Positions 11,741 to 24,897 are shown, numbered from the stretch's first letter. The stretch: DNA of 64,000 nt from Malacoraja senta (GCA_038087875.1 JAXLNO010000137.1:1-64000); one strand, 5' to 3'. Translations and numbers: made by a program. The notes: generated from the letters alone by a model not told the origin.

Positions 11741-13071
11741 ATCATCTGCTGCTACTGCTTCTTCTGCGCTCACTTGACGGAGCCCATTGCTGTTGGGGGT
11801 TTAATGCAACGGGTTTCACTTGCTCACTATGGATTGGACAGTCTTTATTTCTGAGACCTCCAGATCTATGCGTTGCAAGTTTAGTTTAGTTTAATTGAGA
11901 GATATAGGGCGGAAACAGGCCCTTCGGCCCACCGAGTTGGCACCGACCAGCGATCCCCGCACACTAACACTATCCGACACACACTGGGGACATTTTACAT
12001 TTATACCAAGACAATTAACCTACAAACCTGTACATCTTTGCATCATGGCTGATCTATCATGTGATAAGAGCAGAATCAGGCCATTTGGCCCATCGAACCT
12101 GCTCCCTCAATGAATTATTGCTGATACATCTTTCCCTCTCAACCCAATTCTCTGCCTTCTCCCCGTAACCTTTGACACTTACAACCTATCAATCTCCTTT
12201 CCTCCTCATTTCCTTCCAAAAGGTAAGTCCTTTTATTCAAAACAAAACCTTTCACAAGAATAAACCTGAACCTTAACAATAATAGGTGCAGGAGTAGGCC
12301 ATTCGGCCCTTCGAGCCAGCACCACCGTTCAATGTGATCATGGCTGATCATCCCCAATCAGTACCCCGTTCCTGCCTTCTCCCCATATCGCAATAGACTT
12401 TTGGGACAACATGAGAAGCTCGTAGGAAGGAACTGCAGATGCTGGTTTAAACCGAAGGTAGACACAAAAAGCTGGAGTTACTCATCGGGACAGGCAGGAT
12501 CTCTGGAGAGAAGGAATGGGTGACGTTTTGGGTCGAGACCATTCTTCAGTTAAAGTTAATCGGAGCAATAACCAGGAATAGAGAGAGGACTGAAACCATT
12601 CTTGGCAGAAGCCCGTAGATGGGTGATACTCCACCCATCCCAGGAATTCACCAGATCATCACTTGTGTTATGAAACACGACACCGTTTTAATGAACCCGT
12701 CTCTCTGTCACGAAATCCAAGTGGAGTCTACTGACACACCCGGGCATTAACCAGTCAAATTAGTATCACTGATTCCTTCTTGAATTTGTTTTTAAGCTCT
12801 TGTGTTAGAACTGAATCTGTTCATTGAAGATAGACACAAAATGCTGGAGTAACTCAGCGGGACAGGCAGCATCTCTGGAGAGAAGGATCCAGCTGACGTT
12901 CCGGGTCGAGACCCTTCTTCAGACTGGGAGTCAGGGGAGAGGGGGAGTCAGAGATAAGGAAATGTAAGGTGTGAGAATCAGATCAAAGGGGATGAAGATG
13001 TAGAATGGATCATTGCGTAGGAAGGAACCGCAGATGCTGGTTTAAACCGAAGATAGGCACAAAAAGCTGGA

Positions 13072-13269
13072 AGGTAGCTATGGAGCGAAGGAATAGGCGA
13101 GGTTTCGGGGCGAGACCCTTCTTCAGACAGAACCGATTAAGTCTGAAGTAGGGTCTCGACCCGAAACGTCAACTATTCCTTCTATCCATAGATGCTGCCT
13201 GACCCACTGAGTTTCTCCAGCATTTTTGTCTACCTTCGATTTTTCCAGCGTCTGCAGTTCTTTCTTAAA
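13072..13269 (+). mobile_element. Fold-back PLE-derived insertion with 14-bp TSD
   Basis: CACAAAAAGCTGGA at 13058-13071 and 13270-13283. The inverted halves meet at their hammerhead cores. Confidence 0.8.
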
Positions 13270-13479
13270 CACAAAAAGCTGGAGTAACTCAGCAGGACAG
13301 GCTGAGACATCTCTCTGGATAGAAGGAATGGGTGACATTTCGGGTCGAGACCCTTCTTCAGACTGCTCATTGCTGTCCAGTGCATGTCAGCATAGAATTA
13401 TCACAGCACAGAAAGAGGCCATTCACGCTGATCAAACCTAGGCTAGCAATGTGCAGTGCGTCCAAGCAAGAATCATCCT

Positions 13480-13825
13480 CAACCATCCTATCAACAACTA
13501 GAGAGTGATCCTGAGCTATCATTTACCTGAATTCTGGGTATAGGAGGGAGAGATACATCAGCCATGATTGAATGGCAGAGTAGACTTGTTGGGCTGAATG
13601 GCCTAATTCTGCTCCAATCCTTATGACCTCACTGGAGACCCTTGGACTATCCTTAATCACTGGACTTTACCTTGTACTAAACATTATTCCCTTTACCCTG
13701 TATCTGTACACTGTGGACGGCTCGATTGTAATCATGTATTGTCTTTCCGCTGACTGGTTAGCACGCAACAAAAGCTTTTCACTGTACCTCGGTACGCGTG
13801 ACAATGACAAACTCAACTAAACTTG
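13480..13825 (+). mobile_element. Rex1-like LINE 3' UTR (contains the empty site of the Helitron insertion)
   Basis: Its reverse complement matches 59716-59960; the tail is AACT(A/C)AACT-like. Confidence 0.65.
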
Positions 13826-13876
13826 ACTCTATCCCTATAAGCAGTGAATTCCAGATCTTCGTTACTCTCTATCTAA

Positions 13877-14319
13877 AGGGCCTGTCCCACTTACGTGATT
13901 TTTTAGGAGATTGCCGACACCCGTCATAGTCGCAGCAGGTCGCCGAAAATGTTCAACATGTTGAATATCCAGCGGCGACCAGAAAACGGTTCGACTCTTT
14001 GGGCGGCTACTCACGACCATACAGGCGTCACGCGTCGACATGTCGCGGGGTGAGGCATGTTTGGTGGTGAATAGTCGACCAAAGTCGGACCTTTTTCTGG
14101 TCGCTGCTGGATTTTCAACAATTTTGAACATTATGGGGAGAAGGCAGGAACGGGGTACTGATTGGGGATGATCAGCCACGATCACATTGAATGGCGGTGC
14201 TGGCTCGAAAGGCCGAATGGCCTACTCCTGCACCTATTGTCTATTGTCAGTGACCCGCTGCGACTATGACGGGTGCCGGCAAGTCGCCGGAAAACAATCG
14301 CTTAAGTGGGACAGGGCCT
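13877..14319. mobile_element. Palindromic MITE (PIF/Harbinger-like) containing a CR1 3' fragment at 14133-14246
   Basis: TIRs AGGGCCTGTCCCACTTA / TAAGTGGGACAGGGCCT (1 mismatch), flanked by TAA / TGA (3-bp TNA-type TSD). Confidence 0.8.
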
Positions 14320-15094
14320 TGAGTGCGTTCCAACATTGCCCGAGAACGTGTGGTGCAAGGTTTAACGTTGGGACCGCAGCTCCCTCCCACCACCACCCCG
14401 CTGGCCCCACTGACAGCTCACACCATGAGGGGCCTTTCCACTGCGCCAACTTTCTCAGATCATCAAAGACTTCTGGAAACAGTTGAAAAACATGTGAATA
14501 ATTTAAGAATTAATAAAACGCTGAAAAATAAATTCATCCAAAGACACTTCCAACTGGTGTGAATCGATTAATACAAAAAAGTCAGGACCATTCTTCGACT
14601 CCAAAGCTGCCTGACTTGTGGGAGAGTCTAGGACTAGAGGGCACAGCCTCAGAATTAAAGGATGTTCCTTTAGGAAGGAGATGCAGAGGAATTTCTTTAG
14701 TCAGTGGGTGGTGAATCTGTGGAATTCATTGCCACAGACGGCTGTGGAGGCCAAGTCATTGGATTCTTTTAAGGCGGAGATTGACAGATTCTTGATTAGT
14801 GCAGGTGTCAGGGGTTATGGGGAGAAGGCAGGAGAATGGGGTTGAGAGGGAGAGATAGATCAGCCATGATTGAATGGCGGAGTAGACAAATGGCCTAATT
14901 CTGCTGCAAGAACATGAACCATGTCAGAAGAGAGGTAGGTTCTAATCTTTGCAAGCATTGTATGGATAGGTATGTAGTCAAGCTAATAGACCCTGGCCAG
15001 ATCTTTGTCACAATGTACATGGATGTTGGGGGTCACAAATCCAGGGGTGGTTGGTCAGACTATGACAGTGGTCCAAAGTCAACAGCATGGAGAA

Positions 15095-15420
15095 AAAAGA
15101 CACAAAGTGCTGGAGTAACTCAGCGGGTCAGGCAGCATCTGTGGAGAACATGGATAGGTGACGATTCACAGAGTGCTGGAGTAACTCAGCGGGACAGGCA
15201 GCATCTCTGGAGAGAATGAATGGGTGACGTTTCGGGTCGAGACCCTTCTTCAGACTGGTCAGGGGAGAGGGAAACGAGAGATATAGACAGTGCGAACTAA
15301 ATGAGGTGCTGTTCCTCCAGTTTGCGTGTGTCCTCACTCTGATAGTGGAGGAGGCCCAGGACTGAGAGGTCAGTGTGGGACTGGGACGAGAAGGTACAAT
15401 GGTTGGCAACCAGGAGACCC
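15095..15420 (-). mobile_element. Penelope-like 3' fragment (GIY-YIG C-terminus, hammerhead, duplicated 66-bp unit)
   Basis: Minus strand ..SHTDLSVLGLLHYQSEDTRKLEEQHLI; consensus hammerhead at 15226-15253. Confidence 0.75.
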
Positions 15421-15659
15421 AGCGGCCCGTGGCCACTGCTTGGACTAGGATCTGGTGCGTGCAGGACTCGGCCTCGAGCCGCACGGGACTGTCAATGGAA
15501 ATCTTTGTTGTCACGACGCACACAGGCCACGTGACCACATTCCTCTCCTTTGTCACAATGCTTTCATTAACGCAACCCTTTGGTATTCTGCAGCCATCAG
15601 CTGAAGAAAGCACAACAGGATTACACACTGATATAAAGCAGTGTTGGGAAAATGACTTT

Positions 15660-15957
15660 ACACTTTAGAGATACAGCATGGAAACAGGCCCTTCAGCCCA
15701 CTGAGTCCGTGCCGACCAACTATCACCCCGCACACTGACATTACCTACACACTAGCGACAATTTAACAATTTTACCAAAGCCAATTAACCTCCAAACCTG
15801 CACGTCTTTGCAATGTGGGAGGAAACTGGAGCACCCGGAGAAAACTCATGCAGGAGAACGTACAAACTCCGTACAGACAGCACCCGTGGTCAGGATCGAA
15901 CCCGGGTCTCTGGCGATGTACAGCATCAACTCTACCGCTGCGCCACACTGCCGCCCC
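15660..15957 (-). mobile_element. V-SINE (HE1-like)
   Basis: Reverse complement of the SINE consensus, head to tail. Confidence 0.85.
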
Positions 15958-17397
15958 AATCAATTCATATGTATGGACTCGAAGATAGACACAAAAAGCT
16001 GGAGTAACTCAGCGGGACAGGCAGCGTCTCTGGAGAGAAGGAATGGGTGGCGTTCCGGGTCGCGACCCTTCTTCAGACCAAGTTGAACCAGTTGAAGCCG
16101 ACCAGTTTAACAGCTTACGAAATTTAACCATGCTTACGGGCTAATGTTATGTAATATCGCTCAAGATATTATGGACCATCCAACACTGATGTGTCCAGGA
16201 GCTTAAATTCCCAGCAACATTTGCGGGCAGGGAAAATTAAAAATTAAAAATCCATTAAAAATTGGATTTAATTCAGAACACGTGATGTGGTGAACAAGTT
16301 TCTTAAAAACTCGGTGAATCTGTGGAATTCATTGCCACAGACGGCTGTGGAGGCCAAATCATTGGGTATTTTTAAAGTGGTGATTGATAGTCTGAAGAAG
16401 GGTCTCGACCCGAAACATCACCCATTCCTTCAAAAGGTCATAAGGTCATAAGTGATCGGAGTAGAATTAGGCCATTCGGCCCATCAAGTCTACTCCGCCA
16501 TTCAATCATGGCTGATCTATCTCTCCCTCCTACCCCATTTCTCCTACCTTCTCCCTAACCCCTGACACACTGACTAATCAAGAATCTATTTATCTCAGCC
16601 TCAATAATATCCGCTGACTTGGCCTCCACAGGCAAAGAATTCCACAGATTCACCACCCTCTGACTAAAGAAATTCCTCCTCATCCCTTTCCTAAAAGAAC
16701 GTCCTTTAATTCTGAAGCTATCACCTCTAGTCCTAGACTCTCCCCACTAGTGGAAACATCCTCTCCACATCCACTCTATCCAAGCCTTTCACTATTCGGT
16801 GCATGTCAATGAGGCCCCCCCCCCTCCCCCTCATTCATGTAAACTCCTGTCAGTCCATTCCTTCTGTCCAGAGATGCTGCCTGTCCCAGCATTCTGTGTC
16901 TACCTTCAGTGTAAACAAGCACCTGTGGCTCCTTTCTACACATTCCCACCTTAAAGGATGGCATGATTTGGGAGTTGTCCAGCTCCAAGTGTAATAATAG
17001 CAAGTGATGTCAGGTCAATGTTGTCGGTACCACAAAGATCACGGCCAATATTTGCTGTAGGTGATAAGAAACAAATCATTGCCAGTGTGTTTCCGAGCTA
17101 TCCAACCCTGAACGACATTGCCTCTGCCATTTGATGAGAATAACTTTACAGCAGCGAGCATTAAAGGATTGTGCGTGCATTGCTTACATACAAGTGCTTT
17201 TATTTACAGTTTGGGTGGCGGAATGAAAGCAGTTGCCAAAACCACACTTGCGAACGGTTTATTTGACTCATATCCTCGTGGTTTACAACATTCCCAACAG
17301 GTCACTGCTGTAACGCAAGGGGCAATTTGGACAGGAATTCCAGTTCAGTGAGCCGATCACTGATTAATACCTGCACGGAAGGTGGACTAATCACAAT

Positions 17398-17556
17398 GAA
17401 CAAGGTAGACTAAAATGCTGGAGGAAACTCAGCGGGTGAGGCAGCATCTCGGGAGCGAAGGAATAGGCGGCGTTTCGGGTCGAGACCCGAAGCCTATTCG
17501 AGATGCTGCCTCACCCGCTGAGTTTTTTTCCAGCATCTGCAGTTCTTTCTTCAACA
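17398..17556 (+). mobile_element. Fold-back PLE-derived insertion with TSD
   Basis: AATCACAAT at 17389-17397 and 17557-17565. The inverted arms are joined through GGGTCGAGACCC. Confidence 0.7.
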
Positions 17557-17649
17557 AATCACAATAAAGATATCACCGACTATCCATTTACAATCAGAAC
17601 TTTGAGCGTTCTAGCATAAAAATGGGAGAACCAAAGATAATGGCACCGG

Positions 17650-17937
17650 GGGGCAGCGGTGGAGTTGCTGCCTCACAGCGCTGGAGACCCGGGTTCGATC
17701 CTGACTACGGGCGCTGTCTGTACGGAGTTTGTACGTTCTCTCTGTGGGTTTTCTCCGAGATCTTTGGTTTCCTCCCACACCCCAAAGACGTGGAGGCTTG
17801 TAGGTTAATTGGCTTGGAGTAAGTGTAAATTGTCTCTAGTGTGTGTAGGATATTGTTAGTGTGCGGGGATCGCTGGTCGGCGCGGACTTGGTGGGGCCAA
17901 GGGCCTGTTTCCGTGCTGTATCTCTAAACTAAACTAG
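17650..17937 (+). mobile_element. V-SINE (HE1-like)
   Basis: B box GGTTCGATCC, V-domain and (CTAAA)n tail. Confidence 0.85.
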
Positions 17938-18450
17938 ATTAGCCATGTAAAATTAGTTTAGTTTAGTTTATTGGCATGTAAAACTAATTATTTTAGCTTT
18001 CTTTATACTGACTAAAGAGTGTAAAAGCACACTTGTTAACTGGCTGCAACTTATCTTTGGGGCCATTGATCCAAGTAAAATTGACCACACACAACCTCAG
18101 GGTATTGATGCCGACCTTTAGCCACATCTGTCAACTAAGTTTAAATGAGGAGTAGTGGGTAAACGCGAGTGATTACAAGGCGTTATCTTGCTCAGAACAT
18201 CGTGGATATCTCAGGATGAAACCAAGTCGTCTATAACCGTCGCCACTGACAGGACACTGCAGCTTGGAGACTTGCCCACAACCCATCCCATTTGTCATCA
18301 GGATCACACATTTTTACCAGGGTGGATTTGATTTCTTTTTACTAATTTGTTGCCGGTTCCCCCACCCAAAAAGTTTCATTAAATCCATACTTGTCCTTCT
18401 GTCAGGTTTGTTCACTTCAGGAGAGAAACGAAGTGTTTTTTAAGCAAGCA

Positions 18451-18604
18451 AACACAGACACAGACACACACACACACACACACACAGACACAGACACACA
18501 CACAGATACAGACACAGACACTCACACAGACACAGACACTCACACAGATACAGAGTCACGGCACCACACACACACGCACACACACAGGCGCACACCACAC
18601 AGCG

Positions 18605-18637
<33 letters not shown>

Positions 18638-18845
18638 ACACACACACACACACACACGCACACACACACAGGCGCACACACACACACAGACAACTCGACC
18701 ACACACACACAGACAGACAACAGCTGAAAGACAGACAGAACAGAAGACAGAAAGACAGACAGTAAGACAGAAAGACAGACAAACAAAAGACAACTCGCAC
18801 AGACGCACACACGCACAGACAAGACACACACTACCACACACACAA
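18451..18845. repeat. Degenerate (CA)n/(CAGA)n microsatellite
   Basis: Visible. Confidence 0.95.
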
Positions 18846-21299
18846 ATGACATGTGACTGGCATTTTCAATTTAGAGATACAGCATGGAAACCAGGTCATT
18901 CGGCCCACCAAGTCCACGCCTACCATCGATCACCCGTTTACACTAGTCCTATGTTATCTCACTTTCATAAGTTCCAATAACAGAAGTAGGCCATTCAGCC
19001 CATCAAGTCTACCCCACCATTCAATCATGGCTGATCTGACTTTCCCTCCCAACCCCATTCTCCTGCCTTCGCCCCATTTCGCATCCACTCCCTACACACT
19101 AGAGGCGATTTACAGAGGGGCCAATTAACCTACAAACCCGCACGTCTTTGGGATACATGAGGAAACCGGTGCACCCGGAGAAAACCCACGCAGGTCACGG
19201 GGAGAACGTTCAAACTCCGCACACAGATGGCACCCGAGGTCAGGATCGAACCCGGGTCTCTGGCGCTGTGAGGCAGCAACTCCACCCGCTAGAGAAGGAC
19301 TGGGTGTGGTTAGCCAAATCCATCTCACATTCAACAGATATCAGATTTCTGAATGACCTTCCATGGACCTAGGGTGTAGGCGCAACCGTCCAATCCATGC
19401 TCTTCACATTTACAGACTGATTGATGGATGGATGGATTAACAATGTCTGCCAATTATTACAACAGAATAATCACTGATAATAAGCAAGCTCTGTATTTTT
19501 ATCCTTCATATCTCAAGACTACCTCCCCCAGGACTCTCAGACTGAAGAGTCTCGACCCTAAACGTCATCCATTCCCCTTCTCTCCAGAGATGCTGCCTGT
19601 CCCACTGAGTTACTCCAGCATTTTGTGTCTATCTTCGCTGTAAACCAGCATCTGCAGTTCCTTCCTACGCTATACATAAGATCATAAGTGATAGGAGGAG
19701 AACGAGGCCAGTCTACTTGTCATTCAATCATGGCTGATCTATCTCTCCCTCCTAACCCATTCTCCTGCCTTCTCCCCATAACCCCCGACACCCGTAATCA
19801 AGAATCTATCTATCTCTGCTATGAAAATATCCATTGGACTTGACCTCCACAGCCGGCTGTGGCAAAGAATCACCTCCCTGTGACTAAAGAAATTCCTCCT
19901 CATCTCCTTCCTAAATGGTTGCAAACTCTGGCATTTGGTGACACTGTGAAATAAGTCGATGAAATTATTGCAGAGAGAGAGGGAGAGGGAGCCAGAACAT
20001 TTTTCCTGTGTTTGTGTTACACTCCTAAGAGTTTGGCACGTTATAGCACCATAGATTTCTGAGTCTACTCAGAATTGCATTAAATGTGGGCTCTCTCACA
20101 CTACAAGGATACATTTATGCTCATTCCCCTTGCAATTAGCGTTGGAAAATCAATTAAAAGTCATCACTAACTACTTGTTAGTTTGAGTGTAATCCAATTA
20201 TTACGGACTGAGTGATTACACATGAGAAAGGCTGAACTGATTGGTAACAATATGGAGGTAACGTGGCATTCGATACAACGGTGCAGATGACCACGATTAC
20301 TGGGTGTCCCAACAATCGGAGAGAAATAGTAAAACACGAAAGCAAATGTCCTCCAATGAAGGAACGTTGCACAACCTTGGGCGGGATGGTGGTTCTGCCT
20401 CACAGTGCCAGAGACCCGGGATCGATCCTGACTACGGGTGCCATCTGTACGGAGTTTGTACCTTCTCCCTGTGACCACGTGGGTTTTCTCCGGGTGCTCC
20501 GGTTTCCTCCCACACTCCAGGTTTGTAGGTAAATTGACTTCTGTAAAAATTGTAAATTGTCCCCCAGAGTGTGTGGGATAGTGCTAGTGTACGGGGTGGT
20601 CGTGGACTTGGTGGGCCGAGTGGTCTCTTTCCACCTGCTATCATATCGTATCGTTATAAGGAACGAGCTGCCGGAGGAGGTAGTTAGGGCAGGTACTATA
20701 GCAACATGCGACAGACATTTGGACAGGTACATGGATAGGTTAGGTTTTAGACCAAACGTGGGCAGGTGGGACGTGTAGATGGGACATCTTGGTCAGCATG
20801 GATAAGTTGGGCTGAAGGGCCTGTTTCAGTGTTCGGTGAAAGACAAAACACTATATCAGCACTCATTGCCTGCGACTAATATTCATTAGGGACTGATGAT
20901 CCCCCTTTATGTATCAGCTCAAACTCCTCAGCACCCTTTTCCAGATGTGGCCTGATGGACAAAATTGATCATGACTCAACAAACAGCTGGAAGATGCAAG
21001 TGTTGATATTGGTCAAGGCATAAGTCTGCTTTTTATCAAGCTGCCCGGGGTCAAGGAATATAGAGATTTCACGTCGCAGCCCGGTTCCCACCAATCTTTC
21101 CACCACCACGCACCAGAAGCGACAAGACAGACACCATTGTATGCAGATGCCCAGAAGTGTGTTTAGCTCTGGCTGAACAACTTCTGATCTTGTGTGTGGA
21201 CTCGACAAGAAGATCAAACTCCCACCAGCAGTGTAAGACGCTGACGGGCTCACACAATGAATGAACCAGCATGCGAGCAAAAACATTAAACTTTAGACT

Positions 21300-21750
21300 T
21301 TAGAGATACAGTGTGGAAACAAGCCCTTCGGCCCAACTTGCCCACAACCATCAACATGACCCATCTACACTAGTCCCACCTGCCTGCGTTTGGCCCATAT
21401 CCCTCCAAACCTGTCCTATCCATGTTCCTATAATTGTTTCTTAAATGCTGCAATAGTCCCTGCCTCAACGACCTCCTCCGGCAGCCAGTTGTATGCAGGA
21501 CTACCACCCTTTGTGTGTTAAAGTTACCTCTCAGGTTCCTATTAAATCCCCCCCCCCCCCCCCCCCCACCTTAAACTTCTGTCCTCTGGTCTTGATTCCC
21601 CTACTCTGGGCAAGAGACTGTGGGCGTCCACCCGATCTATTCCTCTCATGATTTTATACACCTCTATAAGATCACCCCTCATCCTCCCTGTGCTCCAAGG
21701 AATAGAATCCCAGCCTGCTCAACCTCTCCCTGTAGCTCAGGCAGTCGAGT
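21300..21750 (-). mobile_element. CR1/HER1-like 3' fragment
   Basis: Homologous to 6705-7130 and 56455-56890. Confidence 0.85.
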
Positions 21751-22494
21751 CATGAGTCATTGAGAGATACAGCATGGAAACAGGCCCTTTGGCCCAGAAG
21801 CCTCTGGAGACCATTGACATCAATCCTACATTAATCCCCACTTTATTTGAATGACATTATAGTTTTTTGTACCCAGTAGACTACAGAGGTTTGTAACTCA
21901 GCCAGCAGCATAGTGGCCAAAGACAACACTCCTTACATTTGATCACTTGAGGCGCTGCCTGGTGGAGTGAAAGCTGAGGGATAGCATCAGCCTACATGGC
22001 TCTTGGGCTGAATGGCCACAAATCTCTAACGGTGGGAAATAAAGACCCCACGTACTCAAATCACTGGGGACGTCAGACACATTCCGGCACATTCCATCTC
22101 TAGTTCTTTGCTTGTCTTTCCGCTGACTGGTTAGCACGCAACAAAAGCTTTTCACTGTACCTCGGTACGCGTGACAATAGACTAAACCGGACTGAAACCC
22201 TTTCTTGCTTTAGCATTTTAACAAAAGTCAGCATTTCCATTGAGGACCAGTTACCTCAAACAACATTAAAGGGAATATCTTTAAAGGGAAGCCCATTAAA
22301 AATACAATAGATCTTAAATATGTTCACGTTAAATTATTCATGAAATTGTTATAAAGCCCATTTCAGAAAGCCGCCAAGCAATAACGCGCACCTCAAAATA
22401 TCATTCCAATCGCTGCCTATCATAAACCTTTGCACTCCAATCAACACACCATAAAACTCAGGAATGATCTCTGAACTCAGATGAAGCATCACAA

Positions 22495-22740
22495 CCCGAA
22501 ACGTCACCCATTCCTTCTCTCCACAGATGCTGCCTGACCCGCTGAGTTACTCCAGCACTCTGTGAAACGAACGTCACCTATCCATGTTCTCCACAGATGC
22601 TGCCTGTCCCCGCTGAGTTACTCCAGCACTCTGTGAAACGTCACCTATACATGTTCTCCACAGATGCTGCCTGACCCGCTGAGTTACTCCAGCACTCTGT
22701 GTCTTCTTTTGTAAACCAGCATCTGCAGTTCCTTGTTTCT
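22495..22740 (+). repeat. Three tandem units of about 66 bp from the PLE terminus, plus tail
   Basis: Unit GAAACGTCACCTATCCATGTTCTCCACAGATGCTGCCTGACCCGCTGAGTTACTCCAGCACTCTGT. Confidence 0.85.
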
Positions 22741-22949
22741 ACTAAGACTACTTGTTGTATTACTATTGCTACTTGTCCCATGCGCTGTGAGGCAGCAGCT
22801 CTACCGCTGTGCCACCGTGCCAACTAATGTTAAACAACACGTATTGACTTTGCATGTCCTAATCTTCAACCATCTGGATTCCTCTCACGCTGACTCAGGT
22901 CAGAGTGAATGTAATTCAGCCCCTCGTGGACCGAATGCCAGCCAAAAGG

Positions 22950-23680
22950 TTACAGGAAGGAACTGCAGGTGCTGGTTTAAAACCGAAGATAGACACAAAA
23001 TGCTGGAGTAACTCAGCAGGACAGGCAGCGTCTCTGGAGAGAAGGAATGGGCGACGTTTCGGGTCGAGACCCTTCCTTCCGTCTGAAGAAGGGTCTCAAC
23101 CCGAAACGTCACCCATTCCTATTCAGAGATGCTGCCTGACCCGCTGAGTTACTCCAGCACTCTGTGAAACTTCACCTATCCGTGTTCTCCACAGATGCTG
23201 CCTGACCCGCTGAGTTACTCTGGCACAGTGTACTTCTGTGCTTTGTAAGCTATACGGAACCACACTATAAATGATAAGGTAGACCAAAATGCTGGAAAAA
23301 CTCAGCGGGTGCGGCAGCATCTATGGAGCGAAGGAAATAGGCAACGTTTCGGCCCGAAACCCTTCCGGGTTTCGGCCCGAAACGTTGCCTATTTCCTTCA
23401 GGGTTTCGGCCCGAAAGGTTGCCCATTTCCTTCGCTCCACAGATGCTGCCTGGCCCGCTGAGTTACTCCAGCACTCTGTGAAACATCACCTATCCATGTT
23501 CTCCACAGATGCTGCCTGACCCGCTGAGTTACTCCAGCACTCTGTGAAACGTCACCTATCCATGTTCTCCACAGATGCTGCCTGACCCGGTGAGTTACTC
23601 CAGCACTCTGTGAAACGTCACCTATCCACGTTCTCCACAGATGCTGCCTGACCCGCTGAGTTACTCCAGCACTCTATGTC
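22950..23680. mobile_element. Cluster of PLE-derived fold-backs and 66-bp tandem units
   Basis: Units start at 23480, 23546 and 23612 (period 66). The composite is shared with 11303-11740. Confidence 0.8.
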
Positions 23681-24312
23681 CAAATGCCAGCCAAGACATT
23701 GGTGAAATACTGTTCCAATCTGGCCAGGTCTGTCACGTTACGCAGGCCAACAGTCACGCTTTGGTCAACAGTTTGTGTTCTTTCACACTGCTCATCAAGC
23801 TGGAAATAGCACAGAGAAATTCTACAAGGAGGTTGCCAGGACTTGACGGGCTGAACTACAGGAAGAGGTTGGGCTGGCTAGGCCTCTGTTCCTTGGAGGA
23901 TGAGGGAGGGGGGGGGGGGTGGGGATCTTATAGTGGTGTATAAGATCATGAGGAGAATAAACAAGGTGAAATGCACAGGCTTTTACCCAGAGTAGGGAAT
24001 CAAAAACTGTTTAAGGTGAGATGGGCAAGATGAAATAAGAACCTGAAGGGCAACATTTTTTCCCACTCAATGGGGTGGCGGGTATATGGAACGAGTTGGC
24101 AGAGGAAGTAGCCTGAGGCAGATAGTATAACCACAGTTAAAAGGCACTTGTGTAGGAAGGAACTGCAGATGCTGGTTTAAACCAAAGATAGACACAAAAA
24201 GCTGGAGTAACTCAGCAGGTCGGGCAGCATCTCTGGAGAGAAGGAACGGGCGATGTTTCGATGTCGAGACCCTTCTTCAGGGGAAATGGAAATGAGAGAT
24301 AAAAGACAATGA

Positions 24313-24512
24313 NNNNNNNNNNNNNNNNNNNNNNNNNNNNNNNNNNNNNNNNNNNNNNNNNNNNNNNNNNNNNNNNNNNNNNNNNNNNNNNNNNNNNNNN
24401 NNNNNNNNNNNNNNNNNNNNNNNNNNNNNNNNNNNNNNNNNNNNNNNNNNNNNNNNNNNNNNNNNNNNNNNNNNNNNNNNNNNNNNNNNNNNNNNNNNNN
24501 NNNNNNNNNNNN
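24313..24512. other. Assembly gap (200 N)
   Basis: Run of N of fixed size, so the true distance is unknown. Confidence 1.
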
Positions 24513-24610
24513 CATCTATCCCCCTCAGGCCCCGTAGCAGAAGTGTCCACGTCGCGGGGCTGCAAACTGGAAGTATCCTGAGCTAATTCTGCTACTACCA
24601 TCATCTATTG

Positions 24611-24897
24611 CAGGGGTCGGCAAACTACGGCCCACGGGCCGGATCCGGCCCGTCACCCAAAATCATCCGGCCAGCAGGCGTTTTTTTTTTGTCCAATTAG
24701 TTTTCGCGACCTGGGAACTGCAGCCAGTCCCGGGGCAGGCGAGCCGATCTGGGAGCTGCAGAAAACGAATTGAAAAACACGTGAAAACTAACGCGAAAAA
24801 CAACACCAAGTGTCACACGATGGCGACAGATGTGGCCCGCCATCCGCTCACAGACATGGGTCCCGGCCCCTATGCAGAACAAGGTTGCCCACCCCTG
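24611..24897. mobile_element. hAT/Charlie-type MITE (287 bp)
   Basis: TIRs CAGGGGTCGGCAAACT / AGGTTGCCCACCCCTG; 8-bp TSD ATCTATTG (24603-24610) / ATCTACTG (24898-24905). Confidence 0.9.

Noticed and set aside
24177..24604. ORFs spanning X residues
   Set aside because: Artefact of the 200-N gap.
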